Origin: Octopus vulgaris
Taxonomy: Eukaryota
Direction: 5' to 3'
DNA length: 64,000 nucleotides
Assembly (NCBI GenBank): GCA_951406725.2
Contig: OX597816.1
Location: 72,044,001 to 72,108,000 of the forward strand
Below the pieces are notes generated by a model that did no database searches, was not told where the DNA came from, and saw only the letters and a program-made list of their open reading frames with translations. This document shows positions 27,152 through 39,606 of this stretch, piece by piece. Each line of letters begins with the position of its first letter. Positions within the stretch are counted from its first letter, which is position 1. The position numbers and the translations under genes were made by a program.

Positions 27152-28511
27152 AAGAGTTTATAAAGTCACCAGAGAACATTTTGAATGATGTGATGTTGAA
27201 AGAACTGTTTGACAACAAAGAGCATCATAATATAGAGAGCAGTATAGCAACAGGGCTGGTGTACCACCCTCAGCAAGCAAATCTCTCCTTGCAGAGAGCC
27301 AGGTCAATCAAAGCTTTGTGGTTGAAATCTGGCAGAACATCAGAAGGGCTCTTACTGTTCTAGAGAATTCATGAGACACTTGGTTGTCTTTAATGAAGTA
27401 CACACTGTTGCAAGCATTTGAGTTAGATATCCAGTTTGAGGATGTCTTCCTCCTTGTCTCAGTGGCCATGGAAAGGGTCTGTAGACATAACCACACTGCT
27501 TTTGACAGTTGACATGTAATTTTTTTAATTATAAGGAGCAAAGGCAGGGATCTTGAGAATCAACTGAAGAAAGAAAATTCTTGTAAATGGGAGAGGGGGA
27601 AGTGGCAATATTTCAGGTGTTGAAAAGCTAAAGTATGATATAGAGACAAGCACAGGTGTTTTGTTACTGAGGGGAATACAAGGCTAACCTACATTATATA
27701 AGGGTGGATGGTAGTACCTAGGAAGAATGTAGCCACTTCATCTTGTGGAAACTATTTAATTAAAAATACACAACATGCTATGATATGAAACAAATACTAA
27801 AATCTTTGGAATGATTCAGGATGGCAGAAAAATAATAAAAAAACCTCACCCAAACAGCCCCTAACACTGTGCTGGGTTGCATGGCACCAAGAATAGGGGT
27901 AAAGAAACAGCGTAAATAAAACCTTAGTATTTAAAATTGACTTTCTACCTTGTAACTGCAAAATTAGATTAATACTCATTATCTCACCCTGGACACAAGT
28001 CTACAGGGTAAAGATGTTTTGCATTCCACACCGATTACTCTCACTTGCCTCCAGTCCACCTGTGAATTATCATCATCATCATTTAACATCCGCTTCCCAT
28101 GCTAGCATGGGTTGAACGATTTTGACTGAGGGCTGGCGAACCAGACGGCCACACCAGGCTCCAAAAACTACTGCTGCTGCCACCACCATCCCTACTACCA
28201 TTGTCAAGCTAAGACTATGTGAGTGATTTAGGTGAAATAGAAATAGCTTTCCCAAGCCATGCGCTACTGTCTGAAAAATAAAAGTCAGGATGCTCATGGC
28301 TGGGAGGTCTTTGTAGATCAGTTCAAACAGGGTCAATATGGGGGCCAAACAACAACAATTACTACTGTTGCTACTGCCATTTTATCATTCCCAGATTTTA
28401 AGGGCAGAGGACATTTACCCAATAGGACATGTGAAGGGATCAAACCCAGAATTTGAGGAGCAAATCTAAATTGGAAATGATTTTGCAGACAATGAAAGCA
28501 GTGTGACTCAC

Positions 28512-28609
28512 TTTAGGCATTGGTCTATGAAGATCCAGGAACACATCGATATCACAGCCTCTAACACCAAATCCATTAACCGAAGATCCAAAGAGACTAA
28601 CAGAACAAC
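28512..28609 (-). CDS. TUT1: TUT1-like exon 5 (Pol-beta NTase signature)
   Basis: ttctag|(G)CSVSLFGSSVNGFGVRGCDIDVFLDLHRPMPK|gtgag; hGS-x9-DhD motif. Confidence 0.96.
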
Positions 28610-29143
28610 CTAGAAATATATAACAAAGTAGAAATAAAAAGCTTAAGTTAGATAATAATAAAAAAAAAATAAAAAACAACAAAAGCAATTTCATTATTTT
28701 AAAATATTAACAAAGGACATTATTCCTTCCAACAGGCATGGCTGTGTGGTAAGAAGTTTGCTCACAAACTACATGGTTTGCAGTTCACTTCCACTGCATG
28801 GCACCTTGGACAAATGTCTTCTACTATAACCTCAGACCAGACCAACTAAAGCCTTGTGAGTGGATGTGGCAGATAGAAACTCAAAGATACCCAACAAGTG
28901 TGTGCGTATTCAGATACATGCATGTTACTGTCTCTTTGGTTTTATGCTACATGTTAGCATGATGGTTGTAAAAGAATGTTGTACCAAGTTAGCAATGTTC
29001 TATGTTACCAATCTTCTGTGATAACATGTCTGGTCATGAGCAAATATTACCTAGCACGCAGGCAGGTAAAGGTTGGTGACAGGAGGAGCATCCAGCCATA
29101 GAAAACTCTGCCTAAACGAATTGTCTGATTTATGTGAGCATAT

Positions 29144-29452
29144 GTTCCCCGTTCGTCTACACGCTGGGGCTACCAGCGACAGGCCTGTGCCAGTTGCCGG
29201 GAGCTCTGCCACACTACCGTGCCTGCAATCGTAAGAACAAACCAAAACTTGCGGTCTCGCCCACGTACATGTGGACATAGCCGCAACTGATGCCAGCAGT
29301 CGCGAGATCCACGCAGTCGATACTGTGATGTGATCCAACCCGTAAATTCACGTAAAACTACAGTGCCGCCCGCAGTGGCCGCCGCCAGTGGCAAGCCTGC
29401 GCTAGTCGCTCCACCGCGCTACCGTGCCTGCAATCGTAAGAATGGGGGGAAA
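29144..29452. mobile_element. GC-rich MITE-like insertion
   Basis: GC island in an AT-rich intron, imperfect inverted ends, internal direct repeat CTACCGTGCCTGCAATCGTAAGAA. Confidence 0.5.
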
Positions 29453-30290
29453 AAAATTAATAGTTTCTTCTCACAAAGAGACTAAAATTATGAAATGAAA
29501 TGAAATAAAAACTGACAAGATAATTTAGAATTGTCTTTTTAAAGTTTAGCCAGAAGGGAAGGCAGTATCTGCGATCTTTTACAGGGATTCCAACATTTGG
29601 GGGAAGAAGAAAGCAAGAAGGGTTCAACTTATTTATTTATCTGCTACAAGGTGGTAATTAGAAGTTTACATGAAGAAAAACAGAAAATACAAAATGGAAA
29701 TTTTCTTCTAAATTAGTCAACAAAAATGGGCACAGGTATGGCTGTGTGGTTACCAAAGCTTGCTTTGTTAATCACATGGTTCTGGGTTCAGTCCCATTGT
29801 GCAGCACCTTGGGCAAGTATCTTCTACTACAACTTTGGACTGACCAATGTCATGTGAGTGAATCTGGTGAACAGAAGCTGTGTGGAAGCCTGTCATATGT
29901 TTTATTTTTTTACTAGCATCCATGTTCCATGCTGTGTGTATGTGCATACGTCTTTGTGCCACCACTTGACAACAGGTGTTAGTTTGTTTACATCCCTGTA
30001 ACTTAGCAGTTCAGCAAAAGAGACAGATAGAGTAAGTACCAATCTTAGAGACAGATAGAGTAAGTACCAATCTTAAAAAATAAGAACTAAAGTCGATCTG
30101 ATTGACTAAAGCCCATCAAAGCAGGTCAGCAGCATGGCTGCTGTCCAATGACTGAAGCAATCACAAGATAGAAGCTAAAAGATGAAAATATAAAATTTCT
30201 CATATTTTTAAAAAAAAAAAAAAAAAAAAAAGGAAACTCCTAGAAAATCTTCTTTTGCGTTTTTAAATTAGTTTTAGATTAATTTATTAC

Positions 30291-30405
30291 CAGGAAAATA
30301 AGGATTCAAAATATTGCGGAAAAGCTTGCAAAATTCATCTCTCTTCTGCAGTTCTTTATCTGTCAATCGTAGCTGTTTGAATAGAAGCATGATTTGTTCA
30401 TCGAC
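30291..30405 (-). CDS. TUT1: TUT1-like exon 4
   Basis: gtgcag|VDEQIMLLFKQLRLTDKELQKRDEFCKLFRNILNPYFP+G|gtaat; phases 0-1 fit. Confidence 0.92.
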
Positions 30406-32846
30406 CTGCACATAAAAAAGAAATTAGCTATGATTACAAAAATATTCCCTCACAGATGTTGGCAACATTATAAATTGTAAAAGTTGAGGGTATTCTCAGA
30501 GATAGTGAAATGGGAGGAAAAAAAGTCTTATGTTGGAATCTATGTTGTCTTTCTTACTTTACAAGGTATATAAAATACCGGAATAGGATGACTGGGCACA
30601 GATGATTTGGTAAGGGCCCAGAGAGAGAAAAATAAAGATAATATACTGAAATGAGGAAAAAAAAAAAAAAAAGTTAAAATATTGAATTATCTCCCTTTAC
30701 GCAACAAAAGTACATTGCAATGAAAATGTTTTCAAATTTTCACACAACGTCAGCAATTTTTTTTGGGGGGGGGGGGGAGTAAGCCGATTACACTGCCCCC
30801 AGTGCTCAACTGGTACTTATAAAGACAGACTAAATGCCACTAACGTCCAGTGTGCCAATGGTTCTGCCAGTTTGCTGCCTTAACAAAAAGCAATAAAAAT
30901 AAAGGTTTCAAATTTTGGTACAAGGCCAGTATTGTTTAACTGGTACTAATTTTATTGGCTCCAAAAGGATGAAAGGCGAAGTTGGCCATGGTGAAATTTG
31001 AGCACAGAACGAAAAGACAGACGAAATACCTATTTCTTTATTACCCACAAGGGGCTAAACACAGAGGGGACAAACAAGGACAGACATAAGTATTAAGTCG
31101 ATTACATCGACCCCAGTGTGTAACTGGTACTTAATTTATCGACCCCGAAAGGATGAAAGGCAAAGTCGACCTCGGCGGAATCTGAACTCACAACGTAACG
31201 CAGACGAAATACCACTAAGCATTTCGCCCGGCGTCTAACGTTTCTGCCAGCTTGCCGTTAAGTATTTCGCCTGGTATGCTAGTGATTTTGTATACCCCTG
31301 GTTGTGTTTTTGCAACACAAAACCTGCTCCTGCTTGTTTGGACATGAACTAACCGGGAAGCACCCGACTGAGCATACGAAACATTCAGTAGGTAGTCAAC
31401 ACCCGTAGGTAACAGTTGCATACTGTCCTCCTCTTCCAGATTGTGAAGGCTTACCATAACACTTAATCTAATAACAGTGAAATTTTTTTATGGGCATATA
31501 TAGGTTAATAATAATGGCCTTATGCTTCAACAATAATAATAATGGCTTCTAATTTAAGCACAAGTCCAGCCATTTTGTGGGAAAAGATTAGCTGATACCA
31601 TTGACCCCATTACTTGACTGGTACTTAGTCTTAATTTTATTCATCTGGCACGTAAAAAGCACACACTACACTCTTGGAGTGGTTGGCGTTAGGAAGGGCA
31701 TCCAGCTGTAGAAACTCTGCCAGATCAAGATTGGAGCCTGGTGCGGCTGTCTGGTTCGCCAGCCCTCAGTCAAAATCGTCCAACCCATGCTAGCATGGAA
31801 GGCAGACATTAAACGATGATGATGAAAGGATGCAAGACGAAGTTGACCTTGGCAGGATTTGGATCCAGAATGTAAAGAACCAAACAAATACTGCAAAGCA
31901 TTCTTCCAGTGCTCTCAAAGCTCTGCCAATCATTCCACTAGTTTTAATAACGATGAGGTAGAATTTGAACTCAGAACGTCAAAGTGGACAAAATACTGCA
32001 AAGCATTTTATCTGGTGTGCTAACGATCTTGCCAGCTGGCCACCTTAATAATAATAGTTTCATATTTTGACAGAAGGTCAGCAATTTTCAGAGTGGGGAG
32101 TGGGGGCAAGTTGATTACATTGGCCCCAGTGTTGCACTGGTACTTATTTTTTTGACCCTGAAAGGATGAAAGACAAAGTCAATCTCAGTAGAATCTGAAC
32201 TTAGAACATAGAGGCAGACAAAAAGCTGCCAAACATTGCTTGGCATGCTAACGAGCCTATCAGCTTGCTGCCTTTTTAAAATTTTGGCAGAAATCTCAGA
32301 AATTTTGGAAGAGAAGGCATTTGAATCACATCAACCCCAGTACACAACTAGAACTCATTTTATTGGTCCCAAAAGGATGAAAGGCAAAGCCAACCTCAGC
32401 GGAATTGGAACTCAAAATGAGGACAATTTGACATGCAGACAATTTGGTCAACTTGCTGCCTTAATAAAAATAATAATAACGAGCACTCAGAGAACACAAA
32501 CCTCTGCCAAGGCAACACCAATGTCCTCTCAACGATTAGCCAGAAGAAAATTTGAAATAAACTTGGCTGCTCTCACAAGCGAGAATACTAAATATGAACC
32601 CAACTGCTCTCAAAAAATTAAGTAAAAAAAAAAAGCCAGAAAAATAATCCCGAATCCTTGCCTGGTACCAGATCGATCCCAAAATCTAATCAGTTCATGC
32701 CAGTCATGAGGCTAAACATCCCTGAAAGTTTCATCCAAAACCATCAAGCAGTTCTTGAGATATCTTGTCCACAGACAAACAAACACGACTGAAAACAATA
32801 CCTCCACCTATGCTAAGGCAGAGGTAGTAATAATAATAATACTTAC

Positions 32847-33113
32847 AGTGATTTTCTCCAAAATTTCTTTCTGAAGATTTGCAATGATGTCTTTGACATG
32901 AACCTGTTCAAGCGGCTGAATATGTTTACCCCTCTTCTTCAGTGGTGAGACTTTACGCTGGCCAGACTGACCGGGCCGATAGGGGAGTTGAGCATTAAAT
33001 TTCATTCTTTTCGGTTGTACACGGATGAAATGCTTACCAAAACAATGTTGTTTATATCTTAAAACATGCGAAGCAACAGCCAGATTTTCAAATTTAACAA
33101 ATGCAAATGGACC
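32847..33113 (-). CDS. TUT1: TUT1-like exon 3 (RRM C-terminal half and basic linker)
   Basis: tcaaag|GPFAFVKFENLAVASHVL...HFIRVQPKR...EKIT|gtaag; RNP1-like GPFAFVKF. Confidence 0.92.
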
Positions 33114-33322
33114 CTTTGAAACAAAAAAAATAAAAAATAAAAACAAAACATTAAACTTTTTTACACACACACACACACACACACAAAGGGATAATTCAAA
33201 TCAACTGAGTACTCCACAGCTATCCTTAACCTTTGCCCGTCCAAAACATTTTAATAAGTGGATTCTAAATATCCAGGATTCTTGTCCTGTGCATCACATA
33301 TAATGTACTACATATATACATA

Positions 33323-33850
33323 TCTATATATATAAAACTGTAGTTGTGTGAGTGTCTGTCCTCTTCTATTTAGATTCCTAACTACTCCCACATTTTGCGG
33401 TGCAGTTTAACCAAATTCGGGTATCTTATAGTCGTGATTCATATCGAGCCCGTCTGGCTATTAGCACGCGTCTACAATGAGTCTACGATTTTAAAAATAA
33501 TTTAACATCATTTTTTATTCCATTTTAATGCATAATTTTTCGTGTGTCGATGGCGGTGGAGTTGGCGTCCACGCTCACGCCTGCACCTGTTTGCTTCTCC
33601 CCCTTCTTCTCTCCCTCGTGAAGCTGTGGGGAAGGGAGTGTAAGGAAATCAACGTCGTAAAGCGTTGTCAAGGAGACCAGCGTTTTTTTAGAACGACTTC
33701 ATGGCTTGAAGACACTGAGTCAACGATTTAAAAAAAAAATTTTCATCATTTTTTATTCCATTTTTAATGCATTTTTTTGCTATAACTCTCTAAAAATGCT
33801 TATATAGTTATTTCCCTTACAAATCCGAGCAACGCCGAGCGATACTGCTA

Positions 33851-33851
<1 letters not shown>
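33323..33851 (+). mobile_element. Non-autonomous Helitron
   Basis: A|TCTATATATATAAAA 5' end; subterminal GC-rich imperfect hairpin; CTAG|T 3' end. Confidence 0.8.
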
Positions 33852-33882
<31 letters not shown>

Positions 33883-34326
33883 AACAGAAAAGAGATGACA
33901 AAGGGAAAAAAACAATTATCATATGAAGTTCATTAGCTTACAGCTGTTTCCACTATAAGATGTAGTGGACTTATAGTTGACTGTCTAAGTAACACCTTAT
34001 AGTTTCAAACGAAATATATATATATATATAATTTCCAATTAATAAAAAAAGGGTAAAATTAATTAATTAATTAATCAATCAATTAATTAATAATTTTACC
34101 AGGTAGATCAGTACATCAAAATAACCTTTATAGGTAAAATTATACAAATATTCTATAATTATAAACATAATTATAATTAGGGGTCAGCTAATTGCTTCAC
34201 CACATACCAAATTTGGAAATAAGAGTTAAAAATTCCTTTTCTACTACAATAAGTATCTCCCAGACAGTAACACACTTTTTTACGTAGGCAAAGAGAAAAA
34301 CAATGCATCAACACAACTCTGATTAG

Positions 34327-34384
34327 CCACAGACGCGTTTCAAAATCAAAGTGTTTTAATTACTTGCTTCTCTCTTCAGTGTAG
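34327..34384 (-). ncRNA. Minimal type-I hammerhead ribozyme motif
   Basis: CUACA-CUGAAGA-[weak 31-nt stem II]-GAAA-CGCG-UC-UGUGG: stem I CUACA/UGUGG, GUC triplet, palindromic stem III ACGCGU. Confidence 0.72.
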
Positions 34385-34800
34385 GAGTGTTACTGTCGTG
34401 GAGATTCTTACAGTAGTAGAAAAGGAATTTTTAACTCCTATTTCTAAATTCGGTATTTGGTGAAGCAATTAGCTGACCCCAAATTATATATATATATATA
34501 TATTCTTTTATGTACACTTTTTTATGTACATTCCTTTATGTACACTGATTTGTTCTGCTTTTTATATTTAACCCTACAGTCTCTTATGTGGTGGTTTAAT
34601 AAAGTTTGTGATTGAGTATTATCTGGTAATTGATATTTGATTTAGATGTATTTCTCCATTTTCTTAACTTGTATTTATATATATATATATATATTTATAT
34701 ATAACGGGAAGCTTTATGAAAATAAACAAAAGACGAAGGCAGGTGGAATACAAACAAACAATTGTATTAGTATGGCACTCAGGAATATAAATAAAATAAG

Positions 34801-34838
34801 TCTTTTACGTTTCGAGCCTACGCTCTTCAACAGAAAGA
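34801..34838 (-). ncRNA. Minimal type-I hammerhead-like motif with variant core CUGUUGA
   Basis: UCUUU-CUGUUGA-A-GAGCguagGCUC-GAAA-CG-UA-AAAGA: perfect stems I and II, GUA triplet, A6 replaced by U. Confidence 0.65.
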
Positions 34839-34875
34839 TACACAGAAAAGAAACACGGAGAGAAACAAGGAGAGA

Positions 34876-34937
<62 letters not shown>

Positions 34938-35646
34938 ATATATATTTCTTTATTGCCCACAAGGGGCCAAACATAGAGGGACAAACAAGGACAGACAAAG
35001 GGATCAAGTCGGTTACATCAACCCCAGTGCGTAACTGGTACTTTATTTATCGACCCCGAAAGGATGAAAGGCAAAATCGACCTCAGTGGAATTTGAACTC
35101 AGAACGTAACGGCAGATGAAATACTGCTCAGAATTTCGCCCGACGTGATAACAGTTCTGCCAGCTCACCGTCTGTGGCTAATCGGAGTCGTGTTGATTCA
35201 CTGTTTTTCTCTTTGCCTACATAAAAACGTGTGTTACTGTCTGGGAGATTCCTATGGTTGTAGAAAAGGAATTTTTAACTCTTATTTCTAAATTTGGTAT
35301 GTGGTGAAGCAATATATATATTGGGATTGTGGGTTTTTTTTTTTTGCCAAATAAACACATGCACTATATATATTTTTTCTTCACTCATTTATTATTGTTC
35401 TAGTGTTATCATTTCATCTCGTGTCCAATGTCTGGAATGGACAGGAGTTAAAATAAAAAATATATAGTGCGTGTGTTTATTTGGGAAAAAAAAAAATGGA
35501 CATTAAACAATGATGATGTTGATTTAACTATAAAAATACAGAGGGCGTTTTATATACACTTCAAATGGCTATGGAGGTCCAGTAGTGTGACACAATCAAA
35601 GGTGTCCATGGGTAAAAAGTGGTTGAGAACCACAGCCCTAGGTAAA

Positions 35647-36223
35647 TATTATATCCTGTCACAGGTTAGTATTATGCAGCAGAGGTTAAATCAATGTGTT
35701 CACACGACATATTTTGCGAGACTACCAAAACGCTCTCCCCGACTACTACCGACCACTACTCTTTATAAGAGTTCGGCTAGTCCATTCTTCCAATCCGCCA
35801 GGGGTGTTAATGACTCTCACCACAACACAATCCCTTTGAGATTGATTTCCGTTGGAAGTTAATATTATTTTTATTTATTTATATTTCTTTCATCACATCT
35901 CCCTTTTTGAGATTTTCCTCCAAGGGAAGTTTAATATTTCTTTCAATTAGGCAGTACTTCCATGCTAAATAACTTTTCTTTGATTTCGTACCCCAAAAAA
36001 ATTGGAACGTCCTATGCAAGCTTCGAATATCTCGTTGCCACCTTTATATCCTGCCACAAGTTGGCACATATAAATTATGCAGCAGAGCTTAAATCAATGT
36101 GCACACATGGTGTACTTCGCAAGACCTCCAAAATGCTCTCCCCAACCAACCACTACTCTTTATAAGAGTTCGGCCAGTCCATTCTTCAATCTGCCAGGGA
36201 TGTCAATGACTCTTGCCACAACA
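35647..36223 (-). mobile_element. TRIM-like miniature LTR retrotransposon
   Basis: Two ~180-bp direct repeats starting TGTTGTGG (36223-36043 and 35827-35647); PBS-like TGGCAACGAG after the 5' repeat; purine-rich tract before the 3' repeat. Confidence 0.72.
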
Positions 36224-36316
36224 GCAATAAACTACCATGTAAAATGGGATTCTAGTTTCATGTAAAGCAAAAATATGACAATAATTTGATGCAGAATTTG
36301 AGTGGTTGGTCCAGTG

Positions 36317-36729
36317 GGATCTTTTCAGTTTGAACAGCAGTTTTTAACATAATTTCTAGGTAACTAAAAAAAATTTTAAACTTCGTATACTGGTAGAATG
36401 TGTTTATAAAACATCTTTTTCTCTTGGCTTTATTGAGAAAATTCTATAGTTTGTAAGATATTTGTTGTTGTTTTTCTTCAATTTCTGCAATTTCAACCAA
36501 TCACTGACGTCTATTGAGGTAAAAACATTCTGTGCCGTATGAATATGTCCCTCGTTTAAGAAACAGATTGGGTTTATTTACATTTGTGAAGAAAAAAAAG
36601 ATACCCTTCCCCCCAACCCTAACCCTAAAACAGATTGAAATGCAATAGATCGATACTAGGGTCATAATTATGGGTGACAATTTCATATGACACCGCTAGA
36701 AAAAACTGCCGTTCAAACCGAAAAGATCC
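36317..36729. mobile_element. MITE with 8-bp target-site duplication (related fragments ~41160-41300 and 43900-44085)
   Basis: TIR GGATCTTTTC(A/G)GTTTGAAC(A/G)GCAGTTTTT; GTCCAGTG repeated on both sides. Confidence 0.88.
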
Positions 36730-36820
36730 GTCCAGTGTTCCAGATGTCCCTGTTGTACCCTTGAATCAAAACAGGATAGAAAAATAAAAGGCAATGAAGA
36801 AATGATGGTAACGTGCTCAC

Positions 36821-37020
36821 CCATGAGTTATTCTGATCAACATATGTAACATCAACAACTTTACCAAACTGCATGAAATAGTTGTACAACGCATCTTTGC
36901 CAACGTTTCGAGAAAAGCCTGTCACATGAACACTGTGGGCTGCTTCCAGTAAGCAAGAATGAAAAGCTTCAGCTCGATTCAAGTGTTTCTCACTTGTTTT
37001 GTGTGCCTTCAAAGCTGCTT
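36821..37020 (-). CDS. TUT1: TUT1-like exon 2 (H-x5-H half of matrin zinc finger and RRM N-terminal half)
   Basis: ctacag|(E)AALKAHKTSEKHLNRAE...SVHVTGFSRNVGKDALYNYFMQFGKVVDV...SW|gtgag. Confidence 0.94.
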
Positions 37021-39309
37021 CTGTAGAAAGAAAAGAAAAAAAATGTTGAAATAAAAATACACACACACACAAGAACAGCTTACCTATAACAACATTACTC
37101 TAAACTCTTTTTATTTTCTTTTTTTCTATATGAAAAGGGGAATCTTTCCCAAAATATTATCAGATGATTATAAAACCAGGAGTGGCTGTGTTTCCCGGGT
37201 TCAGTCCCACTGTGTGGCACCTTGGGCAAGTGTCTTCTACCATAGCCTCGGGCCAACCAAAGCCTTGTGAGTGGATATGGTAGACAGAAACTGAAAGAAG
37301 CCCATCGTATATATGTATATATATATATATGTGTGTGTATGTTTGTCCCCCCCCCCCCCCAACATTGCTTGACAACCGATGGTGGTGTGTTTACGTCCCC
37401 GTAACTTAGCGGTTCGGCAAAAGAGACCGACAGAATAAGTACTAGGCTTACAAAGAATAAGTCCTGGGGTCGATTTGCTCAACTAAAGGCAGTGCTCCAG
37501 CATGGCCACAGTCAAATGACTGAAACAAGTAAAAGAGAGTAAAGTAATACAATATTTTTCTCTTTGTTTTCCTTCACTGACATCACCTTACATATTTTTT
37601 TTATACAACGTCTCACCTGCATTCCTCAAAGGATTTTTTTCAAACATTTATATAATTCATTCACATTGAAAAGCTTCAAGCTCGTCACACTACTCTTTCA
37701 CAAATACAAGAGGCAGTGAAAGTAAAACAGACTCGAAGATAGGAAGGCGGAAGAGGCAGAATTAGACAGAGACAGGTGAGTAGCCACTTAGAAGACTGAT
37801 TGGAGAAAATTATTAGAGAGATACATGTACTAAGAACTGCAATGTTTATATCCATCATGGGGTAATTAAAAAAGGACTAATTCTTCTCCATGAAGTGCCA
37901 AACTACATGTGTCACATATGACTCTACAGAACAAAATGGGCTGCAAAACCCCACCTCACCCTATTTACTATCCAGACTGCTTTTCATCTCATTCCTTTCT
38001 CAAGCATCTCAGTAACTTTCTACCAGCATCGCCTTACTGGCACCCGTGCCGGTGGCATCTGTAAAAGATTCGAGCGAGGTCGTTGCCAGTGTCGCCTGAC
38101 TGGCCCCGTGCCACCGGCACGTAAAAGCACCCACTACACTCTCGGAGTGGTTGGCGTTAGGAAGGGCATCCAGCTGTAGAAACTCTGCCAGATCAAGATT
38201 GAAGCCTGGTGCAGCCGTCTGGTTCGCCAGCCCTCAGTCATACGTCCAACCCATGCTAGCATGGAAAGCGGACGTTAAACCATGAATGAACCAAAAGTCA
38301 GCTCAAGACATTATCATTATCGTCATTTAACGTCTGCTTTCCATGCAGATATGTGTTGGACAGTTTGACTGAGGACTGGTGAGCCAGAAGGCTGCACCAG
38401 GCTCCAATCTGATTTGGCAAGGTTTCTACAGCTGGATGCCCTCCCTAACGATTACCACTCAGAGTGTAGTGGGTGCTTTTTATGTGCCACTGGCAGAGAA
38501 GCCAGTCAAGTGGCACTGGCGTCAACTATGCTAGAATGGTGATTTTTACATGCCACTGGCATCGACCAAAGAATTCATTGGTTCAAGAACCCCAAGTTCT
38601 ATGCTACCACAACAAATAGACTTAATCTTATATAAGTAATTAGCATGAAATAGTGACGAGAAATAGACAAACTTTATGTTGGTTCAGTGGTTCCCAACCT
38701 GTGAGCCACAATGGTAGTTCTAGGGTCCATGAACATGTTAAGCTGATATTTCAATATCCTGGGATCCGTGGGAAAACTCATTTAAATAAAAGGGGTCCTT
38801 GGTAGTGAAAAGATTGGGAACCACTGTATTAGTCCAAATATATGTGTGACATTGTCGACAAGATAAGGGTTTCTGTATTCTTAGAAGTAATTAATGAAAA
38901 TACCATCTTCCTCTTTGCTTGCTGGGTCACACAGTAACTAGCTTAATATATAGAAATTGCTCATAAAAAAACGATGTTTTGAAATGAGATTAAGACAATA
39001 TAAAGGGTGTTGACTGTAAGTCTTAATGCAAAAATATCTGTAGTTTTTAAATCATCAATTTTTAAAACCGTATATCTCAACTAGAGTCTAATGTTGCCTA
39101 GCCCATAAAAATTTTCCTTAATTACAGTATTCAACCCTATTTCGGTAATTTCATATGTTGAAAACGTTAGAAATAATTCAACCTATGCTTTTATTATTTG
39201 AGTAAAGCTCATGCTTTATTATTAAATAATCATTTACTTCATTAGTATGAATGTTTCTGAACTGCTGCCAAGTAAGAGTAGGGTTGTTGTTTCATCCTTT
39301 GGGAGTAAC

Positions 39310-39606
39310 AGTTGTTTGTTTGTTCCTTCTCGAGCCATGCCTGGCTCATAAGAGGCGGTTTCCCGGTTTCCTTAGCATATAGGTTCCCCACCTGGACGGG
39401 ACACCAGTCCATTGCAGGTGAGCTGCAAGATGCACGAGGAAAGAGTGAGAGAAAATTGTGGCGAAAGAGCAGAAGTTCGCCATTACCTTCTGCTGGAGCT
39501 GTGTGGAGCTTAGGTGTTTCGCTCATAAACACACCGGTCTGAGATTCGAACTCACAATCTCTCAATTGCGAGTCTGCTGCTCTAACCACTAGGCCATGTG
39601 CCTCCA
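39310..39606 (-). mobile_element. tRNA-derived SINE family D (related copy ~48750-49033, -)
   Basis: Head TGGCCTAGTGGTTAGAGC...GAGTTCGAATCTC with A and B boxes; tail (AACA)n. Confidence 0.75.

Noticed and set aside
27160-27530. Possible LINE reverse-transcriptase remnant
   Set aside because: Only faint motif resemblance; cannot be supported without a profile search.
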